Notes under the pieces: generated by a model
The model's database searches: none
Seen by the model: the letters and a program-made list of their open reading frames with translations, nothing else
Told to the model about the DNA's origin: nothing
Assembly: GCA_951406725.2 (NCBI GenBank)
Contig: OX597814.1
Span: forward strand, 166,284,001-166,348,000
Source of the DNA: Octopus vulgaris
Lineage: Eukaryota
DNA length: 64,000 bases
Reading direction: 5' to 3'
Made by a program: the position numbers and the translations under genes
In this document: one piece after another, positions 27,180-39,590 of the stretch
Position numbering within the stretch: the first letter of the stretch is position 1
Layout: every line of letters starts with the position of its first letter

Positions 27180-27676
27180 TGCCCTGATGCAGTACCAGAC
27201 AGTGGCACTCGTGGCTTCTGATCTTAACTGATTGAAAGTGTTATCATGTACATTGTTTTGTCTTGGTAGAAAAGATGGGCTGTAGGCAAATATTCTGCTC
27301 AATACCACAGATTTGCTTGTCAGTTGTTTGACCATAACCAGTTGAGCATGTCCCTTAGTGACTGACGATATGTGCATCTCTGATCACGAGCAGAAGTAGT
27401 GGTGGAGTATTATAGCCATGTGTTGAGAGGGATTCTTTGGGGTTTGAATAATTCACCTCTGGAATGATGGGTGTTTCGTTCAACATCCTTAAACAACTCT
27501 TATTCAGGGACCTTTTGAGCGGGATGGGTTACTCGACCAGAAGAAAATTCTAACTGGGCCCCACCTGCAAAGGCATGTGCTATTTATCTTGATATAAGAT
27601 CACCATGTCGCACACATATGGTTGTGATGCATGTGCCTGGTGTGCCCTTATCAGACGGGTAGTCATGATGGGTATA
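27180..27676 (+). mobile_element. Non-coding element between two (TAA)n tracts
   Basis: (TAA)n on both sides; shares its 3' ~200 bp with 20683-20940 and 22195-22427. Confidence 0.65.
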
Positions 27677-27678
27677 TG

Positions 27679-27733
<55 letters not shown>

Positions 27734-27783
27734 CATCGAAAAATACCTTAGGAACGAGAACCTAGGTTCAAAATTTTCCCCAA

Positions 27784-27829
27784 AACACCTGATGACGGCT
27801 GGAGGGTATATCAGCTGAAATGTTGTGCT
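27784..27829 (+). ncRNA. Degenerate minimal type I hammerhead-like motif
   Basis: aacac CTGATGA cggctg-gagggtatat-cagct GAAA tgtt gtgct; stem III is defective (GAAAT instead of GAAAC). Confidence 0.45.
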
Positions 27830-29446
27830 AACAACAAAGAAGATGAGGACAAATATCCGTCAAATGTAAATGATGTAAGTAATGCTATTGTAAAATTGAA
27901 AGGTAATACAAATACGGATGGATAGTTCAGTTCGATCAAATGAATTATCGGCTCACTGAATTAACTTGTATGCAGTTGAGCACTCCACAAGCACCTGTAA
28001 CATAATTTTCAGGTAGAATCAACGTGACACTTTGTAACGGCTTCTATGTCTCATAAGGTATAGGTCGATAGGAGACAACAGAAAATGATAGTTGTTCATG
28101 ATGCCACGCAATGGTATCGAACCTAGGACCTCGTTGTTACGAAGCAAACTTCTCAACCATTCGGCCAAACATACAAATAAATAAATTACTATGCAAAGTT
28201 TGAGAATTAGTCCGAATTAGAGTGATCACTGATAAAGTCTTGAAGCCCACTCCTACCTCAGCGCCTAAACCTTACGACGGGCCTGGAGGCATCAGACGAC
28301 CCTGCATAAAATGCTAATCTTATTGTAATTTTTTTTCTTTTTCTAACCGGAGACATATAAGAGCTCAAAAGCCATGCGCTATCCTTTAGGCACATCGAAA
28401 ATCAAATGAATAAACTTGTTACGCTGCACTCGAGCCGTACTACAATTCACCTTTTGTATTTTATTTATATTTTTGTATAAATCAAACCAGGAAGAAACGC
28501 GCTCGAACAGGACTCATTAGAGCTGGTTACCCGGTTTCCATATCGTATAGGTGACCGAAATCACAACAATCCCCATAAACGTGACGCTAGTCTGTCGCAG
28601 AATTTTCGTTTACAGCTGAATAGAGTAGAGTAACCTCAAGTGTTTTGCCCAAGAACACGTTTTACACGGTCAGGTAATCGAATCCGATCATGCAGACATG
28701 CGTGCAACACCATGACCACCAGGCCATGCACTTTTACGATGAAAAGAAGGGAGAAAGTTTTATTAGACAGGGAGAACCTAACCAAAATGCTTACAGGTTG
28801 TCGATTCCGCAAAAAAAACAGTTATGCATTAAACAGAGCGACAGATTGAGTATATCACATGAGAACAGGAATGTTTGTCTGCTAAATTCAAGACATGAAT
28901 AATTGAATATACAGTTAATGTTTTCCTACACATTGATCTACACCCATTCCATTTTTTTTTATTTTGGTTTTTCATTTCCAGGCCAAGATGTAAACATTAA
29001 CCGAATATACTTGTTCGGATGCCTTGCAATAAGATCGAACCCCGGAATCATGAGAATGCGAAGTGAACAACTGAACCACATAGCCTCATCTGCGCCCCAT
29101 ACTTGTTTCCAAACACTTATTTTATCGAATTTTTATAAATGAAAGATAAATTCGATCTCAGTGATTTCTGTATGAGGCTTCGAAGATTCTTCTGTTCATC
29201 GCATTCCTTTTAAATACTAATATAAAGGCTCTGAAACAGTCACAATGACAAAATACTATAGAGGAAGGAGAGGGTGGTTTAACTTATATAACCAGCGTAG
29301 TGCTTGATTAGTATATTTGGCAATGTTTCGTTTGTAGTAGCACACGTTTCCGTAACATTGCCGTATATTTTATATTATTTTATCGCTGAAAGACAAATGT
29401 GATGACATCAAAATTGGAATTGGTTAAAGGGTACCGCGCGCTTGTG

Positions 29447-29498
<52 letters not shown>

Positions 29499-29611
29499 AC
29501 TGGGCGTGGGTATGCGTGTAGATATGTATGTGAATAACGGTAGGTAAATTCACTGACAAAATTCCGTACAGTCACGGAAAAGAAAGTAAACAAAGTTACA
29601 TATTTCCTTAC

Positions 29612-29738
29612 CAGAAAGAAATGCTTTATCTGACAATCGAACTTTCAAGCCTGGATTTTCTGCATTTGTAAAAACAGCATTGTAAAATACCGTACTAGTA
29701 AGTAAAAGTACAGTTTTAAGTAGCATGCCGGATAACAT
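29612..29738 (-). CDS. LBP/BPI-family gene, coding exon 1 (signal peptide and start of the N-terminal BPI domain)
   Basis: ATG at 29738 gives MLSGMLLKTVLLLTSTVFYNAVFTNA-ENPGLKVRLSDKAFLS: a hydrophobic leader, then the NPG-x-x-x-R-x-S/T-x-K motif that opens BPI/LBP proteins. Ends at phase-1 donor G|GTAAG. Confidence 0.9.
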
Positions 29739-29803
29739 TGTGAAAGTTTGTGTGAGTAGACGAGGTGACAATAATAAACTAAGCTCGTGATGAGTGTAGA
29801 CAA

Positions 29804-29858
29804 ATTATATATAAAAGCTGAGTGGGTCAAACAGGATTTAAACTATTGTCACGTGACA
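29804..29858 (-). promoter_or_regulatory. Putative core promoter of the LBP/BPI gene: TATA box plus palindromic E-box (CLEAR/USF type)
   Basis: Minus-strand TATATAAT about 70 bp upstream of the ATG; perfect 12-bp palindrome TGTCACGTGACA at 29847-29858. Confidence 0.6.
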
Positions 29859-31695
29859 TCTTGTGACGCCCTACCTCGAATGCATGCACTATTATATAGT
29901 CACTCACACAAAAAAAAAAAAAAATAATAATAAAAAGGAATATAAACTATTAAGCACATATCTAATCAATTACATAGATTGTTGCTAGAAATCGAAGTAT
30001 TTTGTTTGATAAGAACACTTAAAATTTATACATCTTGATAAATGTATACAAGGAAAGAAAATTAGAGATAGAAAATTTATTCATACACATCCGCAAATAA
30101 CATCCTAGAGTGGAACACTAAATGCTATTATGATTTTCCTTCTTTTTCTTTCTTTCCTATTTAAAATTTTATTTGATTTTGAAACCTTTTTACTCACAAG
30201 TTGTCGATTCAATCACACGAAACAAAAGGAAAAACATTTGATTGCTCGATCTCCTAGAAAAGGTGACCGAATTTCACCGAAACCCTGCCATCTTAAAAAC
30301 AGCAAGGATATCGTTTAGATGATAATTTTGATGAATTTCCTGGCAATAAGATGATTAGAACGTTTTGATCACAGGTTTACTTAATCAGAGTTACCCCGTG
30401 CCTACACAACATCTTGTGAAAGCCACAACATCTTGTGAAAGGGACACAGATAGTATGGTGAAGGACTAGAATACTTTTTCATATTTGCCATCTTAAAGCA
30501 TGGGCACTCTGTAGTTGCCCAGGGACCTTGTGAGTCTTGGGAATCAATGATGGTTTATGCATGTTATGCCTTGTCGTCAATAAGGAAATACTGTATGGTA
30601 GCGAGCTTGCAGAATCGTTAGCATCCCGGACAAAATGCTGAGCAGCATTTCGTCCGTCTCTACATTCTAAGTTCAAATTCCGCTGAGATCGACTTTGCTT
30701 TTCATCTTTCCGGGGCTGATAAAATAAGTACCAGTTCAGTATTGGGGTTGATGTAATAGACTTACCTCGTTCCCCGAAACTGTTGACCTTGTATCAAAAT
30801 GTGAAACCGTTAAGTAATTACTATAGGGCTCAGTGTAGTAATTTGCTCGGGGCCTACAATGCTACCAAGATAGCTTTGCCTCCGAGTTCGAGTCCCACCA
30901 GCTTGATGTTTGTCTCTTATCTGTTCTGGGTCAGCTAGTTAAGGGCGTGTATGGATTTTATTTCATTATATTTTGTTTTATATTGTCCCTGAGACCTTTT
31001 CACTATTTGTTATTAGTTTGATGTTGGTTGTTGAATCAGTCACGCGCAAAGCCAATTAGGCGGGTGTTTTAAGTAGTCTCTCTACATGCAAAATATATTT
31101 CTTTACTACCCACAAGGGGCTACACAGAGGAGACAAACAAGGACAGACAAACGGATTAAGTCGATTACATCGACCCCAATGAACTGGTACTTAATTTATC
31201 GACCCCGAAAAGATGAAAGGCAAAGTCAACCTCAGCGGAATTTGAACTCACAACGTAGCGGCAGACGAAATACGGCTAGGCATTTCGCCCGGTGTGCTAA
31301 CGTTTCTGCCAGCTCGCCGCCAGGCGACCAAATTCACCCCTCAAACTATACCATCTTAAAAATGGCAAGGATGATAATTCTGATGTATCTGTTGAAAAGA
31401 AAAAAAAAAGATGGGTTACATATATATTTCTTTACTGCTCACAAGGGGCTAAGCATAGAGGGGATAAACAAGTACAGACACACGGATTAAGTCGATTACA
31501 TCGATCCCAGTGCGTAACTGGGATCTTTTCTTTTTGATGGACGGAATTTTCTAGTTAACTAAACAATTTGAAACTTCGTATACTGGTAGAATGTGTCAAA
31601 AGAAAACACACTTACATGAATATCTGTACAAATGAGAGCAAGAAAGCACTCAATACCTTCTATAGAGTTTATGTATGTGTGAATGTGTGTGTGTG

Positions 31696-31759
<64 letters not shown>

Positions 31760-31810
31760 GTAGGATAAAATTTTTTCGGAAAAAAATTCTATCAAAGGTT
31801 AAATTATAAA

Positions 31811-32183
<373 letters not shown>

Positions 32184-32368
32184 AGTATATGAAAGAATGG
32201 AGTTGAACGACTAGTTAACAAATATCCTTTATTCTCGACATATTTATGTAGAAGAGGTTTGCTCGAAACGGAAAATCCTCTTTCTTTCCTTTCCTGAGTG
32301 TCTGATAATGCAGTATTTGTACCATGTCCTCGCGTTGTTGTTTTTGCTTGCTTGTTCTTTGTTTGGAT

Positions 32369-32447
<79 letters not shown>

Positions 32448-32461
32448 CATACATACATACA

Positions 32462-32497
<36 letters not shown>

Positions 32498-32701
32498 CAT
32501 AATTGAATGAATTATCTTATTAAGGATTATTCGAAAGATAACCGATACCTGGGTAGCAAATTCACATCAGAAAGAACACGGTTGAAGCTACGTCCCTAGG
32601 GCATAGACTACGTGTCTTCGTGCGGAAATTTGTAGGTTTATTTTAAAATTATAAGTATATGAAAGAATGGAGTTGAACGACTAGTTCACAAATATCCTTT
32701 A

Positions 32702-32784
32702 TTCTCGACATATGTTTCGAAGGCTGCATATTCCTAATTCCAAAGGAATAAGGAGTACATTATGCAGATTTCTCATCAGGAAAA
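32702..32784 (-). ncRNA. Type I hammerhead ribozyme (mirror of 32940-33022)
   Basis: Reverse complement of the plus-strand motif with all core nucleotides intact. Confidence 0.8.
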
Positions 32785-32939
32785 TCAAGGAACTTAATTA
32801 GACATCAAAATGCACAAAAAACTTTTAGCTGACCGCTCTCAAGGAGCCCATGGCGATAGACTCATTATCGGCATGGGCTCCTTGAGAGTGGTCAGCTAAA
32901 AGTTTTTTGTGCATTTTGATGTCGACATAAGTTCCTTGA

Positions 32940-33022
32940 TTTTCCTGATGAGAAATCTGCATAATGTACTCCTTATTCCTTCGGAATTAGGAATATGCAG
33001 CCTTCGAAACATATGTCGAGAA
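32940..33022 (+). ncRNA. Type I hammerhead ribozyme
   Basis: Stem I ttttc/gagaa; core CTGATGA 32945-51; long stem II (ctgcata/tatgcag with an inner hairpin); GAAAC 33006-10; palindromic stem III ACATATGT; cleavage triplet GTC 33015-17. Confidence 0.8.
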
Positions 33023-33226
33023 TAAAGGATATTTGTGAACTAGTCGTTCAACTCCATTCTTTCATATACTTATAATTTTAAAATAAACCTACAAATTTCC
33101 GCACGAAGACACGTAGTCTATGCCCTAGGGACGTAGCTTCAACCGTGTTCTTTCTGATGTGAATTTGCTACCCAGGTATCGGTTATCTTTCGAATTATCC
33201 TTAATAAGATAATTCATTCAATTATG

Positions 33227-33262
<36 letters not shown>

Positions 33263-33308
33263 TGTATGTATGTATGTATGTATGTATGTATGTATGTATG
33301 TATGTATG

Positions 33309-33380
<72 letters not shown>

Positions 33381-33582
33381 ATCCAAACAAAGAACAAGCA
33401 AGCAAAAACAACAACGCGAGGACATGGTACAAATACTGCATTATCAGACACTCAGGAAAGGAAAGAAAGAGGATTTTCCGTTTCGAGCAAACCTCTTCTA
33501 CAGAAATAGAGCAAAGTCCAAAAGAAGGGAAGACGGAGGAAGAAAATCGTCAACGATATGCACGTGGTTACATCTTGAAATA

Positions 33583-33640
<58 letters not shown>

Positions 33641-33790
33641 AACAGGTTGCTTGACCGCATACCGAAAAAATAGAAATAGCAGTCAAGAATGCTTATTTCT
33701 ATCAAAGTTGGACTCCGGGCATGACAGACCCTGTAATTCACATATGCAAAACAGAAGGAATAGATAACGAATACGAAGTCTGGCGGTTAT

Positions 33791-33901
33791 CTGTGAACAT
33801 CATGTTTCTGGATTATAAACATATTGAATATATATTCCATATATTTTTAGTATATATTTCATATATATTGCATATATATTTCACATCCTTCTTCAGCACA
33901 G
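33791..33901 (-). ncRNA. Type I hammerhead ribozyme (inverted copy)
   Basis: Reverse complement of 34073-34183. Confidence 0.7.
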
Positions 33902-34072
33902 CTTTCCATTGAAAAAGATTTATCATAGATTTATGGGAAGATTTATGAATTCAAACGTCTATGTAGGTTTAGCCTTTGCTCACTTTCTTCAAATATTTTG
34001 ATGTCGCATGGTCAGAAGGTTTGAGGTACGTAGCATTTGATAAATCTATGATAAATCTTTTTCAATGGAAAG

Positions 34073-34183
34073 CTGTGCTGAAGAAGGATGTGAAATATAT
34101 ATGCAATATATATGAAATATATACCAAAAATATATGGAATATATATTCAATATGTTTATAATCCAGAAACATGATGTTCACAG
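34073..34183 (+). ncRNA. Type I hammerhead ribozyme with a long AT-rich stem II
   Basis: Stem I ctgtg/cacag; CTGAAGA 34078-84; stem II base ggat/atcc enclosing ~70 nt; GAAAC 34166-70; stem III aca-tga-tgt; triplet GTT 34176-78. Confidence 0.7.
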
Positions 34184-34714
34184 ATAACCGCCAAACTTCG
34201 TATTCGTTATCTATTCCTTCTGTTTTGCATATGTGAATTACAGGGTCTGTCATGCCCGGAGTCCAACTTTGATAGAAATAAGCATTCTTGACTGCTATTT
34301 CTATTTTTTCGGTATGCGGTCAAGCAACCTGTTTTGCCTGTCCCTTTTTCTTATACACAATATATATACTGAACTTTACAGAAGTTCCTGCCGGTAATCG
34401 GCTATATTTACATACCGAATTCTACCAGTAAATAATTGAGGTTTTTTTAAAAGCCTTTATAGAAATTATTTACTCTTATCATTATATTACTATTTGGATT
34501 TTTCACTCCATTTGACAACCTAATTGTTCCCCATCTTACGGAACTATTTTTGTAATGCGCATGGCAAAATTTTGGAGGGAAGATTTATGAATTCAAACGT
34601 CTATGTAGGTTTAGCCTTTGCTCACTTTCTTCAAATATTTTGATGTCGCATGGTCAGAAGGTTTGAGGTACGTAGCATTTGATAAATCTATGATAAATCT
34701 TTTTCAATGGAAAG

Positions 34715-34825
34715 CTGTGCTGAAGAAGGATGTGAAATATATATGCAATATATATGAAATATATACCAAAAATATATGGAATATATATTCAATATGTTTA
34801 TAATCCAGAAACATGATGTTCACAG
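34715..34825 (+). ncRNA. Type I hammerhead ribozyme, second tandem copy
   Basis: Same motif 642 bp downstream of 34073-34183. Confidence 0.7.
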
Positions 34826-35122
34826 ATAACCGCCAGACTTCGTATTCGTTATCTATTCCTTCTGTTTTGCATATGTGAATTACAGGGTCTGTCATGCCCG
34901 GAGTCCAACTTTGATAGAAATAAGCATTCTTGACTGCTATTTCTATTTTTTCGGTATGCGGTCAAGCAACCTGTTTTGCCTGTCCCTTTTTCTTATACAC
35001 AATATATATACTGAACTTTACAGAAGTTCCTGCCGGTAATCGGCTATATTTACATACCGAATTCTACCAGTAAATAATTGAGGTTTTTTTAAAAGCCTTT
35101 ATAGAAATTATTTACTCTTATC

Positions 35123-35196
<74 letters not shown>

Positions 35197-35197
<1 letters not shown>

Positions 35198-35518
35198 CAA
35201 GGAAAAATTGTAAAAATGCAGAATGCTAAATTGAAAGAAAATTTTAATGAAATGAGAAATTGATAAAATACATAAATATATATTTATTCAAACCGGTTTT
35301 CGTCATAATGTGACTTATCAAGAATAGTTAGGTAAATTTTTTTTAAAGTGAGAAAGGGGAAAAAAGAAAGTTGCATAACTTCCTTTAACTATTCTTGATA
35401 AGTCACATTATGACGAAAACCGGTTTGAATAAATATATATTTATATATTTTATCAATTTCTCATTTCATTAAATTTTCTTTCAATTTAGCATTCTGCATT
35501 TTTACAATTTTTCCTTGC
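35197..35518. repeat. Inverted repeat (~134-bp arms) between (TA)n tracts, with a hammerhead-like motif in each arm
   Basis: Arms 35197-35330 and 35386-35518. Plus-strand motif 35390-35431: tattc TTGATAA gtca-catta-tgac GAAA accggt tt gaata; mirror at 35285-35326. Confidence 0.75.
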
Positions 35519-35934
35519 TTATCATTTCTCCACGTGCGGTCAACACAACCCCACCATTTATTGATCTATATATATATATATATATATATATATGCTTACG
35601 AACAACATAGTTCCGGGTTCAGTCCCACTGCGTGGCACCTTTGGGCAAGTGTCTTCTACTATGGCCTCGGGCTGACCAAAGCCTTGTGAGTAGATTTGGT
35701 AGACGGAAACTGAAAGAAGCCCGTCGCATATATGCATATATATATATATGTTTGTGTGTCTGTGTTTGTCGCCCCCTAACATCGCCTGACAACCGATGTT
35801 GGTGTGCTTATGTCCCCGTAACTTAGGCGGTTCGGCAAAAGAGACCGATAGAATAAGTACTAGGCTTACAAAGAATAAGTCCTGGGGTCGATTTGCTCGA
35901 CTAAAGGAGGTGCTCCAGCATGGCCACAGTCACA

Positions 35935-36742
35935 TGGGGTACCAAAAACGTAACAAATATTTAGCCATGTATGGACATGATCCAAAAAGTTCAGTTCTTG
36001 AATTTAGACATGTAGCGGTATCTAAGCTGCTTTTCCAGATGAGCCATCTTTCCATATCACAAAGACCGCACTTTCCACGGCCGATGGTGTAAGGCTTTTA
36101 CTTGGCTAAGATCTTCCAGTGGATGTTGTAATTGATACCTTTATCTTTTAAGGACCATATATGACTGGATAATTTTGTCGTTTTCTTTTGTCCCAGTGCC
36201 TGAAGCTCAAGGTGTGATTGTTGAACCTGGCCTTAAAACTTCCCTCTGAAAGGTCCACATATTTCTTTGTCGAAACTGTGTTCTTAGTGGTTGTAGAGCC
36301 TACGGTGGCTTCATAAATGATGGTCTCGAACATGCAAGCTCCATTTAGCGGGAATAAATTTTTGTCCTTGCATGAACAGCTGGTTTCATTTTGTGGTTTT
36401 TGAACGTTGCGTGCGATTATATATTTTAAAATTAGTAGTTGAGCTGAAGCTGATTTTTAAGTTATGTCTATTGAGGAGCTTTCTGTAAGTATGATTGACT
36501 GGAAAATGTCTATCTATCAGTGCTAAGAAATACTTACCTACATTAAAGGTCACTTCGGGAAAGTAGAGGGGTGTGAACCAGATAGTTTTCCTATTCCTAT
36601 GTTTTCTTTTCTTTATTACTGGACTGGTGACAGGTGTATAGGTTATTTCCTCGCTAAATCCACTATCTTTTAGAGCATTATTTTATACTGGGGCAACGCA
36701 ATTAAAAATGTCCCTATCGGAGGAGAGGCTAGAAATTCTTTT
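35935..36742 (-). mobile_element. Degenerate Penelope-like element (RT thumb to GIY-YIG), a different family from the 45-kb copy
   Basis: Broken frames RISSLSSDRDIFN..ALKDSGF, RKTIWFTPLY..NVGKYFLALIDRHFP, CSCKDKNLFPLNGAC..IIYEATV..YVDLSEGSFKARFNNH. Confidence 0.75.
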
Positions 36743-37011
36743 ACTCTTTTACTTGTTTCAGTCATTTGACTGCGGCCATGCTGGAGCACCGCCTTTAGTC
36801 GAACAAATCGACCCCAGGACTTATTCTTTGTAAGCCTCGTACTTATTCTATCGGTCGCTTTTGCCGAACCGCTAAGTTACGGGGACGTAAACGCACCAGC
36901 ATCGGTTGTCAAGCGATGTTAGGGGGTACAAACACAGACACACAAACATATACACACACATACATACATACATACATACATACATACATACATACATACA
37001 TACATACGTAC

Positions 37012-37159
<148 letters not shown>

Positions 37160-37834
37160 TAGCAGAGATACCCGGAGTTGTCCGCTTACATTCAATTCAA
37201 GAATTAGACTTTTCTGTTATATTTTCTGTAATGAAGTGGAATATCTATGTTTCGAATTTCCTCAAAATTGCAGATGAGGGTTATTTCCCTCTTTACACAC
37301 CCTAAAAAAATTGTAATCGTGCCACATGTATCCCATACTACTGATTTTTATGCGCATATTCCAAAATTCCAGTCTTATTGAACCTGTTAAAAATATTTTG
37401 CTTTTGAAAAATGAAGGTCATGGAGCTCTAAAATGTGAGAGTTAAGGCCCCTGTTGGGGGTGGGCATCTTAATATCAACCAGAGAAGTTGAATTGTTGAA
37501 AATCTTTTTAACTTGGGTCTTATATCTATTGTTTGAATTTCTTTGAAATAGGAAATATATGTTCACTGGGTTTGTAAAAGAGAGCAAAGCTACAGGAAGC
37601 CAAAAGACGAATGATCACAATAAGCAGTCAGTTACCCTACTCTAGTCGTTACCACTCCCAATGTAGGATTCCTCACCATCCAGGTGACAGGCACAGTTGT
37701 AAGATGCATTACGAATCTATAGCAATTGGAAGGGCGTAACCCAACTGAAATCAACATTAACAACTGTGTGACGTGAGGGCTAACGAGAAATGAAAGTTGG
37801 AGTTTGCAAATGACCACTATACTGATACTGATAA

Positions 37835-38110
37835 TAAGTGCATACAAATCTTGTATTTTGAGCACAGTTTTGTATGGGACTGAAACAAGACATATAAAGA
37901 AACTTGAAACCTTTCACATGTGCCGTCTGCGCAATACCTTCAACATAAAAATGGTAAGATAAGATATCAAACGTCAAAATCTTAGAAAAATGTGATATCT
38001 CCAGTATCAAAAGCATGCTACTGAGAATTCAATGCAGATGGGTAGGACATGTCATTTGTATGAAAGATGACTGCATTCCAAAAAATTCCTTTGTATGGCC
38101 AACGAGTTGT
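37835..38110 (+). mobile_element. Decayed RTE/BovB-like LINE fragment
   Basis: Translates to YKSCILSTVLYGTET..KLETFHMCRLR..IKW*DKISN..QCRWVGHVICMKDDCIPKK. Confidence 0.7.
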
Positions 38111-38412
38111 GTGATACTGCGGTAAAGGAAAAACCCGTCCTTGTGTATAAGTATAAATTGAAGCAATCACTGAAGTCCCTCCTACTTAAATTACATTCTG
38201 CTGTCAGCAGACACATATGCCCAGTCTCAGGCGATTTCATAGCAATGGACTCAAATTACATTTACACATCCATCGCAAATAGATGCATCTTCTTTTTTTC
38301 TTTTATTTTTAAAGTTGTTTTCTCTTTTCCTCACATTTAAAAATGTATTTTCTTACTTTTTTCATTATATCCTCTCCTTCAAATACTCATACATCGAAAT
38401 CGACGGGAGTGA

Positions 38413-38458
<46 letters not shown>

Positions 38459-38716
38459 GAATGGTTTACACCTGGTGGCTTACTGGTAAAGCACGGTCAC
38501 TTTTCACTGTGATCGTTATGTATATGGTAAATGAAAGCTGATGCTAGATGTATATGGCAAATGAGGAATCGATGCTAGATGTGTCGAAACAATTGTCATG
38601 ATTTATAATAAATGATTGTATATTCTATCTTCCGTCTTTCATTTGCCATATTTGTTTTCAATATGGTGTGAATAACATCTTTCTTTATTGAATTGTTTAA
38701 TAGAGGTTTTCTCTCT

Positions 38717-38775
<59 letters not shown>

Positions 38776-38951
38776 ATAAATATTAGGGAATAAATCCAAA
38801 ATTACAGGGAAAAAAATCAGATTTAGGATTAAATCCAATTTTATAGTAAAATATTATAAAATATTATTAGAGACAAAACCACTATTTTGCAAAACAAACA
38901 AGGAAAGACTTAATCAATACATAAAATTTTAATAAATAGTCAAAAAAACCG

Positions 38952-38994
38952 CCACTACAATCGTTTCTTGTCTTGATCGACAATCTTCAGGTGG
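38952..38994 (-). ncRNA. Minimal type I hammerhead ribozyme, left terminus
   Basis: Reverse complement of 53598-53640. Confidence 0.8.
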
Positions 38995-39590
38995 ACTTCA
39001 ATCTAAAATATCAATATTTTAAAATATACAAATAATAATTTTAAAATAATTAAAGTATGAATGAAAAAATATAAATATATAATCCATATATAACCTATAT
39101 ATAATCCATATATAATCAATATATAAACAATATATAAACTAAAATAAACCTATCAACAATTAAATATAAAATATAAAATATAAAATATAAAATATAAAAC
39201 AAAACAAAAAAATAATAATAATATAATAATAAACTATATATACACCCATACACATATACCTAATTATATATAACCATATCTAACTACATACACTAAACCA
39301 CACACCTATATATATATCCCTATACATACACATAAAAACGTCTAGGCAACTATAAATAAATAAAATAGCTAAATACTTCAACACAATACTTATTCATACT
39401 CCCACACACACACACATACAACCCACATTCACGCTCTAGAAAACGGACATCACTCAAAATTATGAACGGAGAAATGGAATAAATGGAATTAAAAATTATA
39501 TTCACTTGGTAAAACGAACACTACTTAAAAATTATGAATGAAACAATGCAATAAAACAACAGACATCGCAAATATACACAAATTACTACG

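Larger units (their letters stand above)
32246..33501. repeat. ~1.25-kb palindrome with an ~8-nt spacer, built from Penelope-type terminal repeats
   Basis: Mirror symmetry about ~32862 (ggagcccatg..gata-gactcat-tatc..catgggctcc), including the internal (TA)n/(CATA)n; mirrored ORFs 32298..32510 and 33218..33451. Confidence 0.9.
33640..35128 (+). mobile_element. Retrozyme-like element: inverted partial unit (33640-33933) plus 642-bp tandem units (33935-34576, 34577-35128), in (TA)n
   Basis: ORFs recur 642 bp apart (33976/34618, 34062/34704) with an inverted copy (33721); each unit holds one hammerhead motif; (TA)n on both flanks. Confidence 0.8.
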
